From an uncultured Mycoplasmatota bacterium (GTDB lineage Bacteria; Bacillota_I; Bacilli_A; RF39; UBA660): a DNA stretch of 64,000 bases. Below the pieces are notes generated by a model. The model worked only from the letters and a program-made list of their open reading frames with translations. It made no database searches and had not been told where the DNA came from. The position numbers and the translations under genes are program-made. Below are positions 1 through 8,667 of the stretch, piece by piece (within the stretch, counting starts at the first letter, position 1; each line of letters opens with the position of its first letter). Location of the stretch: positions 2,312 to 66,311 of the forward strand of contig URLV01000002.1 in the NCBI GenBank assembly GCA_900548725.1, in the 5' to 3' direction.

Positions 1-858
1 TGCTTTAAAAGCATTTTTTATTTCAGTTTTATTAGGACACTTTATAAAGTCATTGCCATCAACGTATGAATCAAATTTTTCATTATGATAATTATCTAAT
101 ATTTCAGTATCACTTCTTCTAAAATCTTCTTTAGTTAAGAATTCTTCTTCTTCAAAATAAGTTTGGGGCTTACTGCCTAATGATATATCAATTTCTTTCA
201 TTAACAATACAAAATCATGTATATTTCTATAACTTTTTTGTCTTATACCATTACTATCTTTTTTTATCTCTATTCTTCTCTCTTTTGTATATATATCTTT
301 ATCTATTTTATAAAATTCAATATTTATAAAATCTTCTACACATTCTTCAAATTCTTTAAAAACTTCAGATGATTCTAAAGAATTATTTGCTTTTAATACT
401 CTAGCCAAATTTTTTATGCTATAAAATAATGCTAAATGATTAGAAGAACCAGTAATTCTATTGTATGCATTTTTATATTTTTCTAAATAATTATTAGCAA
501 TAGCTATCATATAATCATAATTATCTTTATTTATCATTATCCATTTATAGATATATGAAATTTTTAAATATTCTTTATCATTTTTAAAAAGTAATTTATC
601 CCCATTATATATTTTCTTTTGTCTAATAAAATCAGTTTCTTTTTTATCAATAGTAATAAACAATTTATTACAATCATCGTCTATTAATTCACTATTTTTT
701 AAATATTCTATTAACTCATTTAAATTATTAAAATTAGTTGTAAATTCATCTATTACATCAATGTCTGTATATTTTTTATTTTTAAAAAATTCTAATCCCT
801 GTAAATTAACATTAAAATATCTTCCATATTTTACATAGGATAATCTATATTTACTCAT
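1..858 (-). CDS. hypothetical protein; C-terminal part runs off the left edge (absent from ORF track because no stop lies in the window)
   Basis: ATG at 856-858 (minus) with an AGGGGGA RBS about 8 nt upstream. Uninterrupted frame MSKYRLSYVKYGRYFNVNLQGLEFF... down to position 1. No motif recognised. Confidence 0.5.
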   Translation of the reverse strand, partial: MSKYRLSYVKYGRYFNVNLQGLEFFKNKKYTDIDVIDEFTTNFNNLNELIEYLKNSELIDDDCNKLFITIDKKETDFIRQKKIYNGDKLLFKNDKEYLKISYIYKWIMINKDNYDYMIAIANNYLEKYKNAYNRITGSSNHLALFYSIKNLARVLKANNSLESSEVFKEFEECVEDFINIEFYKIDKDIYTKERRIEIKKDSNGIRQKSYRNIHDFVLLMKEIDISLGSKPQTYFEEEEFLTKEDFRRSDTEILDNYHNEKFDSYVDGNDFIKCPNKTEIKNAFKA

Positions 859-932
859 ATCATAATTCCCCCTAAATATACTCAAATTTTAACAAAAATA
901 CAGCAAATTGTCAAAATTCCAATTAATACCAA

Positions 933-960
933 TTGACTATACAAACAAATGTATTATAAT
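933..960 (+). promoter_or_regulatory. sigma-A-like promoter of the Y-family polymerase/YolD pair
   Basis: TTGACT (933-938), 16-nt spacer, TATAAT (955-960). The spacer contains the inverted repeat ATACA-N6-TGTAT (939-954). Confidence 0.45.
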
Positions 961-977
961 TATATTAGGTGATGCAA

Positions 978-2243
978 ATGGATGAATTAAAAATTAAAAG
1001 AAATATTATATGTATTGATTTAAAAAGTTTTTTTGCTTCTTGTGAATGTGTTGAAAGAAATTTAGATCCATTTATTACTCCACTTGTAGTTGCTGAACCA
1101 AATAGAGAGGGAGCAATAACATTAGCAGTTACACCATATATGAAAAAGTTAGGAGTTAAATCTCGTGGAAGAATATTTGAAATTCCTAAAACCATAAATT
1201 ACAAGATAGCACGTCCTAGAATGAGTTTATATATTAAAAAAAGTAAAGAAGTTGTAGATATATATTTGGATTATGTTGCAAAAGAAGATCTACATATATA
1301 TTCAATTGATGAATGTTTTTTAGATGTTACTAATTATTTAAAATTATATAAAAAAACACCAAAAGAATTAACACTTGATATAATAAATACTGTATATAAA
1401 AAAACTGGTCTTTGTGCTACTGCAGGAATAGGTCCAAATCTCCTACTCGCTAAAATTTCTATGGATATAGAAGCAAAACACAACAAAGATTTTATTGCAG
1501 AATGGACATATGAAGATATACAAACTAAATTATGGAATATTACTCCACTATCAAACATGTGGGGAATTGGTAAACGTATGGAAAAAAAATTAAATGATAT
1601 GGGATTAAAAAAAGTTGGAGATATTGCAAATTATAATAAATTAAAATTAAAAGAAAAATTTGGAATTATTGGTGAAGAACTATGGTATCATGCAAATGGC
1701 ATTGATTTAAGTAAAATATCTGATTTCAAAAAAGAAGCTAAAGAAAAAAGCATTTCTAATAGTCAAGTATTATATAAAGATTATTATAATAATGATGTAA
1801 CTCTAATTATAAAAGAAGTTTTAAATTTATTATTAAAAAGATTAAGAAAAGAAAACTTACTAACTAAACATGTATCACTTCATATAAGTTATTCTAGAAA
1901 TATAGGTGGATATTTTAGTGTATCAAAAAAATTAGAACAAGAAACAAATGATGAATCAGAATTATATAAAGTATTACTAAGTATATTTAATTCATATTAT
2001 GAAGAAGACATGCCAGTTAGAAAAGTTGGTATAAGTTTATCAAAATTAGAAAATAACAATCACATACAATTAAATTTATTTGATAATATTAAAGAAATAG
2101 ATAATAAAACAAATTTAAATAATATAGTTGATGAGATAAATGAAAAGTATGGAAATAATAGCATCTTAAAAGCAACTAGCCTACTTTCTACATCAACAAT
2201 AAAAGATAGAAATAATAAAATAGGAGGACACAATGCAAGATAG
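978..2243 (+). CDS. Y-family (UmuC/ImpB/UvrX-like) translesion DNA polymerase
   Basis: N-terminus IICIDLKSFFASCECVERNLDP and SIDECFLDVT are typical catalytic motifs of Y-family polymerases. AGGTGA RBS at 967-972 favours the ATG at 978 over the track start at 969. Confidence 0.85.
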   Translation: MDELKIKRNIICIDLKSFFASCECVERNLDPFITPLVVAEPNREGAITLAVTPYMKKLGVKSRGRIFEIPKTINYKIARPRMSLYIKKSKEVVDIYLDYVAKEDLHIYSIDECFLDVTNYLKLYKKTPKELTLDIINTVYKKTGLCATAGIGPNLLLAKISMDIEAKHNKDFIAEWTYEDIQTKLWNITPLSNMWGIGKRMEKKLNDMGLKKVGDIANYNKLKLKEKFGIIGEELWYHANGIDLSKISDFKKEAKEKSISNSQVLYKDYYNNDVTLIIKEVLNLLLKRLRKENLLTKHVSLHISYSRNIGGYFSVSKKLEQETNDESELYKVLLSIFNSYYEEDMPVRKVGISLSKLENNNHIQLNLFDNIKEIDNKTNLNNIVDEINEKYGNNSILKATSLLSTSTIKDRNNKIGGHNAR

Positions 2244-2568
2244 AGGATATATTAAATGGGCACCATTTAATTCTGTTATAAACGATAATGTAGTTTTAAA
2301 TGAGTTAACTAAAAAAAGAAATAAAGTATACAAACCTACTTTATCAGAAGATCAAATAAATTTTCTAAATGAAAAAATATTTGAAGCATATACAAATCAC
2401 TTAAAAGTAAATATATTCATATATTCTAACTTTAATATATTAAAATTATCTGGTTTTATCAACAATATTAATTTAAGTAAAAAATATATTACTTTTAATA
2501 ATAATCACATATATTTTAACCAAATTTTAAAAATTACAAACTTTTTCGAAAAAAATAACGAAAACTAA
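2233..2568 (+). CDS. YolD-like protein (UmuD-analogous partner of Gram-positive Y-family polymerases)
   Basis: 111-aa ORF overlapping the polymerase stop by 11 nt. N-terminal GYIKWAPF motif, and same position as B. subtilis yolD/yqzH next to uvrX/yqjW. Confidence 0.6.
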   Translation: MQDRGYIKWAPFNSVINDNVVLNELTKKRNKVYKPTLSEDQINFLNEKIFEAYTNHLKVNIFIYSNFNILKLSGFINNINLSKKYITFNNNHIYFNQILKITNFFEKNNEN

Positions 2569-2597
2569 TTGACAATAGTAATTTTTTATTGTAAAAT
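2569..2597 (+). promoter_or_regulatory. promoter of tRNA-Ala
   Basis: TTGACA (2569-2574), 17-nt spacer, TAAAAT (2592-2597), about 15 nt upstream of the tRNA 5' end. Confidence 0.65.
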
Positions 2598-2612
2598 TAA
2601 TTTATCGTTTAT

Positions 2613-2689
2613 GGGGAATTAGCTCAGTTGGCTAGAGCATCACGCTTGCACCGTGGGGGTCAAGGGTTCGAGTCCCTTATTCTCCACCA
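2613..2689 (+). tRNA. tRNA-Ala (anticodon UGC), CCA encoded
   Basis: Cloverleaf read by hand: acceptor GGGGAAT/ATTCTCC with the G3:U70 Ala identity pair, D arm GCTC..GAGC, anticodon loop CTTGCAC, T arm GGGTTCGAGTCCC, 3' CCA. Confidence 0.9.
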
Positions 2690-2703
2690 TTAAATGATTA
2701 TAG

Positions 2704-2728
2704 AAACGCTTAAAGCGTTTTTTATTTT
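2704..2728 (+). terminator. rho-independent terminator after tRNA-Ala
   Basis: AAACGCT-TAA-AGCGTTT hairpin followed by TTTATTTT. Confidence 0.7.
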
Positions 2729-2782
2729 GTTAATTTTTGACATCAAAAAAAGAACTCATCAAGAGTTCTAATTTATTTATAC

Positions 2783-4171
2783 TTAGATTTGTTTAAATAA
2801 GTTTTTCTTTTTAGCTATCAAGTAAATTCCACCAGCAACGATACCAACAGATATAAATCCAATTATATAAGATGCTACACCAGTAGGTTTTTGTTCACCT
2901 TTACTTGCATTACCCCATTGAGCATATAGTACTATTACATCTGCTTTACCAGGTGATTTATATTCATCTCCAGCATTATAAGTTTTACCAGAACCATCTT
3001 TTTCTGTATTCCATCCTTTAAAAGTATATCCATTTCTAGTAGGAGTTTTAGAATCAATTTCAGCATCTTCAGTAACACTTTTTTGTACTTTTTCAGGAAT
3101 ATTATTAGCACTATTATCATCAGTATTTCCATCATATTTTAATGTCCATTGTTCACTTGTATTAGTACAAACTTCATATTCAACATTTAATACTGCTGGC
3201 CAATAGTAAGCTTTATTTACAAATACATCAACGTCTTCCTTGTCATTAACAATTTTTCTAACAACTGTATCATCTGTTTCAATTTTTTCTAAATTTTTAG
3301 CTTTTACCAAAGCAGAATAACTATTCTTAATAGGATTATCAGCACTATCGTCAGTAAATATTGCATACTTATTTACATTTGCTTCACCACATGAATCTTT
3401 AGTTGCACATAGATATCCAAACTTCTTTGTATTTAAAGTATCCACATCAAGTTTTCTACTTACACGTAGAGCAAATACTTTTTTACCATTAACTTCTTCA
3501 ATATATTCATTATTATCACCACTAGTTAAATTTTTGAAATAATCCTCTAATTTTGTTTCATCTGCAGCTCCAAAACCTTTATTTAATCCTAAAAATCTTG
3601 CAGAAGAAACTGTAATGCCAGAATTATTTCCAAAAATATCTTGCACAGTGTAATTTAAAAATTCGTTTTTATTAGTTGGTATATTTGTCCAATCTACAGA
3701 TTCATAACTTCCGTTTGTATCTCTACCCCATATACCATGTAAAATTTTAACAACTCTATAATCACTTTTATCTTTAGATACATAAGTACCAGATAAATCA
3801 TCACCCGATTTTTGAAAATCACTTCTTTGTAACAATTCTACATCAGACCAAAACTTTTCTAAAGTCATACCATTCTCTGAAGTTGGTGTAGAACCAGTTT
3901 CAATATCTAACACTTTAGTATTTAATATTTTTATAGTCTTACCAGACTCCTCAGGAAACAAATATGGATATATAGTATAAGTTGTATAACCATTAGTAGA
4001 AGTGTATTGTTTCCAATAATCACCATTAGTAACATCAGCAAAATAATATTGCATTACAGTATGGTCAGTACATGTTTCTGTAGCAGCTTTTGCAATAGGC
4101 ATCTCAATAAAAGGTGCTAACATTGCAATTATAATACCAATAACCCCAATTTTTTTAAGTATATTTTTCAT
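2783..4171 (-). CDS. secreted surface protein with a Listeria-Bacteroides (Flg_new) repeat and a C-terminal sorting-signal-like tail
   Basis: Signal peptide MKNILKKIGVIGIIIAMLAPFIEMPIAKA. GYTFKGWNTEKDGSGKTYNAGDEY...LYAQW repeat. C-terminus KPTGV followed by a TM segment and KKKNLFKQI. Confidence 0.6.
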   Translation of the reverse strand: MKNILKKIGVIGIIIAMLAPFIEMPIAKAATETCTDHTVMQYYFADVTNGDYWKQYTSTNGYTTYTIYPYLFPEESGKTIKILNTKVLDIETGSTPTSENGMTLEKFWSDVELLQRSDFQKSGDDLSGTYVSKDKSDYRVVKILHGIWGRDTNGSYESVDWTNIPTNKNEFLNYTVQDIFGNNSGITVSSARFLGLNKGFGAADETKLEDYFKNLTSGDNNEYIEEVNGKKVFALRVSRKLDVDTLNTKKFGYLCATKDSCGEANVNKYAIFTDDSADNPIKNSYSALVKAKNLEKIETDDTVVRKIVNDKEDVDVFVNKAYYWPAVLNVEYEVCTNTSEQWTLKYDGNTDDNSANNIPEKVQKSVTEDAEIDSKTPTRNGYTFKGWNTEKDGSGKTYNAGDEYKSPGKADVIVLYAQWGNASKGEQKPTGVASYIIGFISVGIVAGGIYLIAKKKNLFKQI

Positions 4172-4317
4172 AATAAACCTCTTTCTAATTAAAGTAAAAA
4201 TATTCTCTATTTATATTTATACCCTACCTATAATAAATTATAACATAAAATTAAATTTTGAAAAGACATTTTTCGACATTTTCAAAAAAATATACAACTT
4301 TACGTAAAGAAAAAAGA

Positions 4318-5373
4318 TTATTTTGAAAATAACCTTATAATATCTTGATATGTTACTAAAAGCATTAATAACATTAAAAGTCCAAAACCTACTGTATGTA
4401 TCCAATTTTCTACTTTAGGATTTACAGGTTTTCCAATAATTTTTTCAATTATTACAAACACTATTCTTCCACCATCAAATGCAGGGAAAGGAATAATATT
4501 TATAAAACCAAGATTAACTGATAAGTAAGCAGTTAAATAAAGTAAATTTTGTATTCCTAATTTAGCACTTTGTCCTACAACAGTATACATTCCTACAGGA
4601 CCAGACAAACTCTTAAGTCCAAGTGCTCCACTAAATAATTTAATAATTATTAACGACATACTTGATATAACACTATAGAATTTTATAAATGCATATTTAA
4701 TTGAATTAATAAATCCTTTATTTAAAGTGTTTCCAGCACCAAAACCAAATACTTTTACTTCTTCACCATCTTTATTTTTTTCAACATTAGGTATTACTTC
4801 ATATTTATTTACAGAACCATCTGGTTTTTTTACTACAAATTCATACGTATCACTATCGTTTTTTAAAGCTAAAGCAACTTGTATTTTATCCCAAGTATTA
4901 GTTTTAACACCATTAATACTTATTACTCTATCTCCTTCAGTAATTCCACTTTTTGCAATAGCAGAATTTTCAGTTATCAAATTTATATAACTTAATTGAT
5001 TTGAACTACCCCATATCAAGCCTTGTAAGAAGAATAATACCAATGCAAGAATAAAATTCATTGTTACACCTGCAACCAATATTAAAAACTTTTGATATGG
5101 TTTCTTATTACACATATATTGATCTTTTTTTAATTTCTTATCTGATATTTCTTCAACTTCACCTGCCATGGCACAAAACCCACCAATAGGAAATAATCTT
5201 AAACTATATATTGTCGGATCATTTTTTCTTTTCCATTTAAATAATCTAGGTCCCATACCAAGTGCGAACTCTTCTACATAAACACCAGTCTTCTTAGCAA
5301 CTAAAAAGTGACCTAATTCATGTACAAAAATTAATATACCTAATATTATAATTAATATAATTAATGTTACCAT
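4318..5373 (-). CDS. rseP: RIP site-2 metalloprotease RseP/YluC
   Basis: HELGHF zinc motif in the first TM segment, internal PDZ-like segment, C-terminal FDGGR-type motif (PAFDGGRIV). Located downstream of cdsA, as in Bacillus. Confidence 0.85.
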   Translation of the reverse strand: MVTLIILIIILGILIFVHELGHFLVAKKTGVYVEEFALGMGPRLFKWKRKNDPTIYSLRLFPIGGFCAMAGEVEEISDKKLKKDQYMCNKKPYQKFLILVAGVTMNFILALVLFFLQGLIWGSSNQLSYINLITENSAIAKSGITEGDRVISINGVKTNTWDKIQVALALKNDSDTYEFVVKKPDGSVNKYEVIPNVEKNKDGEEVKVFGFGAGNTLNKGFINSIKYAFIKFYSVISSMSLIIIKLFSGALGLKSLSGPVGMYTVVGQSAKLGIQNLLYLTAYLSVNLGFINIIPFPAFDGGRIVFVIIEKIIGKPVNPKVENWIHTVGFGLLMLLMLLVTYQDIIRLFSK

Positions 5374-5385
5374 ATTTCTAACCTC

Positions 5386-6180
5386 CTAAATATAACTCAT
5401 TACTAGTATAAACGCAAATAAAACAAATATTATACTATCTAATCTATCTAATATACCACCATGTCCCGGTATTAAATTACTAAAATCTTTTTTATTATAT
5501 TCTCTTTTTATAGCACTAAAGAACAAATCACCACATTGTCCTATAATACTTAAGAATATAATTATACAAACTATACTAAATACATTACTAACATTACTAA
5601 TTACATTAATATAATACATAGTACAAACAAATGTAGAAACCAATGTACCTATTAAACAACCTTCTATAGTTTTATTAGGACTAATATTAGTAAATTTATG
5701 TTTACCAACTAACTTACCTCCAAATAACGCAAAAGTATCAGTTAAAGTAGTAATTAAAATTAATAATATAAAATATTTTATCCCATAGTTATAAACTGTT
5801 ATTAATAAATTAAATCCAATTCCTAAAAATAATACATCTGCTAATAAATGAAATGCATCATTTATATTATATCTTTTCTTATAAAGTATTATAGGTATAC
5901 AAATAACTAATATTATCATACACAATACTTTATATGATACTCCAAATAATAATCCATATTTTTCAAAATTACTATATATTAAATATAACATAGATATTAA
6001 TCCTAAACATTTTATTAATAATGGATATTCATTTAATTTATCATGTCTTAAATCAATTATTTCTTTATAAGCCATACATCCTATTAGCCCAACAGCTAAA
6101 CTATAAGGTATACCACCAATAACAATAAGTGGTATAACAATCATTAACATAATTATTGCACTAATAATTCTTTTTTTCAT
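5386..6180 (-). CDS. cdsA: phosphatidate cytidylyltransferase
   Basis: Polytopic 264-aa ORF with the C-terminal CdsA signature FSAIKREYNKKDFSNLIPGHGGILDRLDS. Confidence 0.8.
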   Translation of the reverse strand: MKKRIISAIIMLMIVIPLIVIGGIPYSLAVGLIGCMAYKEIIDLRHDKLNEYPLLIKCLGLISMLYLIYSNFEKYGLLFGVSYKVLCMIILVICIPIILYKKRYNINDAFHLLADVLFLGIGFNLLITVYNYGIKYFILLILITTLTDTFALFGGKLVGKHKFTNISPNKTIEGCLIGTLVSTFVCTMYYINVISNVSNVFSIVCIIIFLSIIGQCGDLFFSAIKREYNKKDFSNLIPGHGGILDRLDSIIFVLFAFILVMSYI

Positions 6181-6236
6181 ATTATCCCTACCATTTCTAT
6201 AAGTAAGTATAACATAATTTTTTATAAAATAATATA

Positions 6237-7010
6237 TTATTCTTTAATTATTTCACTTAAATAAATGATTTTTAAATCTTTATTCTTTATACTGCTCAAA
6301 AATATTTTAAAATTATATAAACTTAATTTATCATCTATTAGTATTATACTACCCTTATCTAAATAATTAATACTACTAACAACATTACTATTTTTTAAAA
6401 TTATACTAGGTTTAACTATATAGTATTTTTTCTTTTTACACATTTCTATATTAGAATAATCTAATATACATATTTTTTTATTTAAATCTTTTTTATTTAA
6501 TATAGTATCTAAATCTAAATATTTATCTTTATTACTTTCTATATTTATATTTTCTTTATCAAATTCATCCATATATTTTATTAAATACGAATATTTTATT
6601 TTATTATTTTTTAAATAGTCTATTATTTCTTTATTATCTTTTACTAACAAACTAATTTGTCTAATATTTTTATTACCAGATATAATTATTAAATCAGTAT
6701 TATCTTCTAAACTAATATCAGGTTTTATATAATCATAAATTAAGTAATTAACATTAAATGATCCAAAGTCTTTCATATTTAAGAAACTTTCCATCTCATT
6801 TACTTTTTTTCCTTTTATTCCAGGTATTATTGTATTATCATCTATTATAGCGTCTACACTCTCTATATTATAATTATCACTATTTTGTTTTATATTATTC
6901 ATTAATGGATTAGAATTAATTGCAAGTTCTGTTACAAAATCAGTTAAATAAAATGAAAATACTAATATAGACATAATTCCAATAAGTTTATAAAATTTCA
7001 TAATGTTCAC
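6237..7010 (-). CDS. hypothetical N-terminally membrane-anchored protein
   Basis: One N-terminal TM segment (LIGIMSILVFSFYL), no motif recognised. Co-oriented with and upstream of cdsA-rseP. Confidence 0.5.
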   Translation of the reverse strand: MNIMKFYKLIGIMSILVFSFYLTDFVTELAINSNPLMNNIKQNSDNYNIESVDAIIDDNTIIPGIKGKKVNEMESFLNMKDFGSFNVNYLIYDYIKPDISLEDNTDLIIISGNKNIRQISLLVKDNKEIIDYLKNNKIKYSYLIKYMDEFDKENINIESNKDKYLDLDTILNKKDLNKKICILDYSNIEMCKKKKYYIVKPSIILKNSNVVSSINYLDKGSIILIDDKLSLYNFKIFLSSIKNKDLKIIYLSEIIKE

Positions 7011-7088
7011 CCTATTAAAATATATAAAATTTATATTGATTTAATTACTATTTATATGTATAATAAATGACAAAAAAGAGGAATTTGT

Positions 7089-8108
7089 ATGGAAAATGAA
7101 ATATTAGATATTATTAAGAAAATGATTTATAAAGATTTAGAAAATGAAGCTTACGAAAATCGCTACAAAACTATTGATTTTCCAACTACTATAAATCTTA
7201 TTCCAAACTTTAAAGTTATAATTGACTTTAACGATTATTATTTTGAAAAATATAAACAAATATTAATTACAAATTCAGTTGTTTATGCACTAGAAAACAA
7301 TAAATCTAGTTACATAGATTTTATTGAAAATCACATATCTAATCTAGAAAAAGCTTTAAATGATTTAAACTTATTCAAAGCTAAAACAACTGAATTTGCA
7401 ATTCTAAATTTAATTAGTAAATCTAATAAAATAGGAAACACATTATTATTTAATATAAATTCAAACAAAAATACTATTGATAATAATAAGACTTTATTTG
7501 ATACGATAAATAAAAATTTTATATCATTCACCAGTTTTACTAACTTTTATAGAAATATATTATTTGATTATTTAAGTCAATTTGATAAACTTGACAGAGA
7601 TATGATTTTAGACGAATTCTTAACATCAAATTCATTAGATGAAGAATTTATTAAATTTTCTAAGAAAAATATACTTATAAATAGAATAAATACATACAAG
7701 TATTTTATAATTAGAAATATTTTATCTGACAATTATTTAATAGTTACTACTACCAAAATTGAAAGTGAATTTGATAAATATATAGATAATATTAATAAAA
7801 ATGAAATAGAAGATGAATATGATAACGATTTAGATTATAAAAGTGAAAAAGAATTTGATGATGAAGATATGTTTAATTTTATTGACGAAAAAATACATGA
7901 TTATCTTGAAAAATGTATAAAAAACAATATATATTTATTACCAACAGAGAATAGTTTAAGATTAAATATGTTAGTAAATTTTTTAACCTACAATGAATCA
8001 AATTCTAAAGAATATGATATAGAAACAGTTGAAGGTAGTCTTAATGATTTGAAAAAGTTAAAATTAATTAATCCATTATATAAATTAGATTTAATAAAAA
8101 CAAACTAA
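7089..8108 (+). CDS. hypothetical acidic cytoplasmic protein
   Basis: 339-aa ORF with a GAGG RBS upstream. No motif recognised. Confidence 0.5.
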   Translation: MENEILDIIKKMIYKDLENEAYENRYKTIDFPTTINLIPNFKVIIDFNDYYFEKYKQILITNSVVYALENNKSSYIDFIENHISNLEKALNDLNLFKAKTTEFAILNLISKSNKIGNTLLFNINSNKNTIDNNKTLFDTINKNFISFTSFTNFYRNILFDYLSQFDKLDRDMILDEFLTSNSLDEEFIKFSKKNILINRINTYKYFIIRNILSDNYLIVTTTKIESEFDKYIDNINKNEIEDEYDNDLDYKSEKEFDDEDMFNFIDEKIHDYLEKCIKNNIYLLPTENSLRLNMLVNFLTYNESNSKEYDIETVEGSLNDLKKLKLINPLYKLDLIKTN

Positions 8109-8437
8109 TCTTCGTCTATTCTTTTACTACTTAAAAAACTAACTTTATCTACTATAATTTCAGTAATATACTTAGTTTCTTCATTTTCAATGTAACTTCT
8201 ATTTTGTATACGACCTTTAATTCCAACTAAATCTCCCTTATGGCAATATTCACTTACTTGAGAAGCAATACCATTCCATAATGAGCATCTTATAAAATCA
8301 CATTCATAAATTCCATCAGAATTTTTAAAATCACGTTGAACTGCAATATTAATTATTCCGTGATTTTTTTCGTTTTGAGATTTTTTTAATTCCGGTTCAT
8401 TGACAAGCCTTCCAATAAGAAAAACTACATTCTTCAT
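8105..8437 (-). CDS. ssb: single-stranded DNA-binding protein, short form lacking the Gly-rich linker and the usual acidic D-D-D-(I/L)-P-F tip
   Basis: OB-fold sequence MKNVVFLIGRLVNEPELKKS...GDLVGIKGRIQNRSY. ATG at 8437 has a GGGAGGTG RBS. The 29-codon extension in the track ORF lies in the promoter/repeat region. Confidence 0.75.
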   Translation of the reverse strand: MKNVVFLIGRLVNEPELKKSQNEKNHGIINIAVQRDFKNSDGIYECDFIRCSLWNGIASQVSEYCHKGDLVGIKGRIQNRSYIENEETKYITEIIVDKVSFLSSKRIDED

Positions 8438-8497
8438 TCCAACACCTCCCTTCAAAATAACCATAGCAAATTGAGTAAAATAATGCAAAAACGTGAT

Positions 8498-8565
8498 TCT
8501 TAAAATCTGCACAAAAAAACGCACAGATTCTTTAAATCTCCCTAGAGAAATCTTAAAATCTGCAC
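8498..8565. repeat. 15-bp perfect direct repeat TCTTAAAATCTGCAC (8498-8512 and 8551-8565) plus a near copy TCTTTAAATCT at 8529-8539, upstream of ssb
   Basis: Read directly. On the minus strand the copies lie upstream of a TTGCAT-17-TATGGT promoter-like element preceding ssb. Confidence 0.7.
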
Positions 8566-8667
8566 GATTTTTTTAACCAATTTTAAAAATCATATAAATT
8601 TAAATTTTTTTTAATTTTTTATAAATTTTAGCATTTTTTATACTATTTTCTAATTTTTGTTACACTT

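Noticed and set aside
939-954. LexA/SOS box in the spacer of the Y-family polymerase promoter
   Set aside because: ATACAAACAAATGTAT does not match the Bacillota consensus CGAAC-N4-GTTCG. It is kept only as an unassigned palindrome.
2613-2689. tRNA-Ala as the attachment site of an integrated element within the window
   Set aside because: I found no second copy of the tRNA 3' end anywhere in the 64 kb and no integrase next to it. The T4SS locus is 35 kb away and is flanked by protein-coding core genes.
2935-3135. Short nested or antisense track ORFs. Examples: 965-1195, 1334-1558, 2935-3135, 4727-4990, 7331-7531, 9055-9243, 13441-13632, 16547-16771, 19184-19372, 24159-24344, 24833-25123, 26629-26958, 28404-28589, 28551-28892, 28946-29170, 29935-30138, 30598-30813, 37368-37574, 41399-41593, 42039-42302, 42220-42441, 44434-44694, 48868-49110, 49773-49973, 50035-50455, 50847-51032, 53903-54127, 55105-55299
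   Set aside because: Each lies wholly inside, or antisense to, a longer ORF with clear homology or operon context. They lack RBSs and have the low-complexity Ile/Leu/Phe/Ser composition expected from chance frames in AT-rich DNA.
8438-8524. 29-codon N-terminal extension of the SSB ORF in the track (MRFFVQILRITFLHYFTQFAMVILKGGVG)
   Set aside because: The internal ATG at 8437 has a strong GGGAGGTG RBS and gives the canonical SSB N-terminus. The extension covers the promoter and direct-repeat region.
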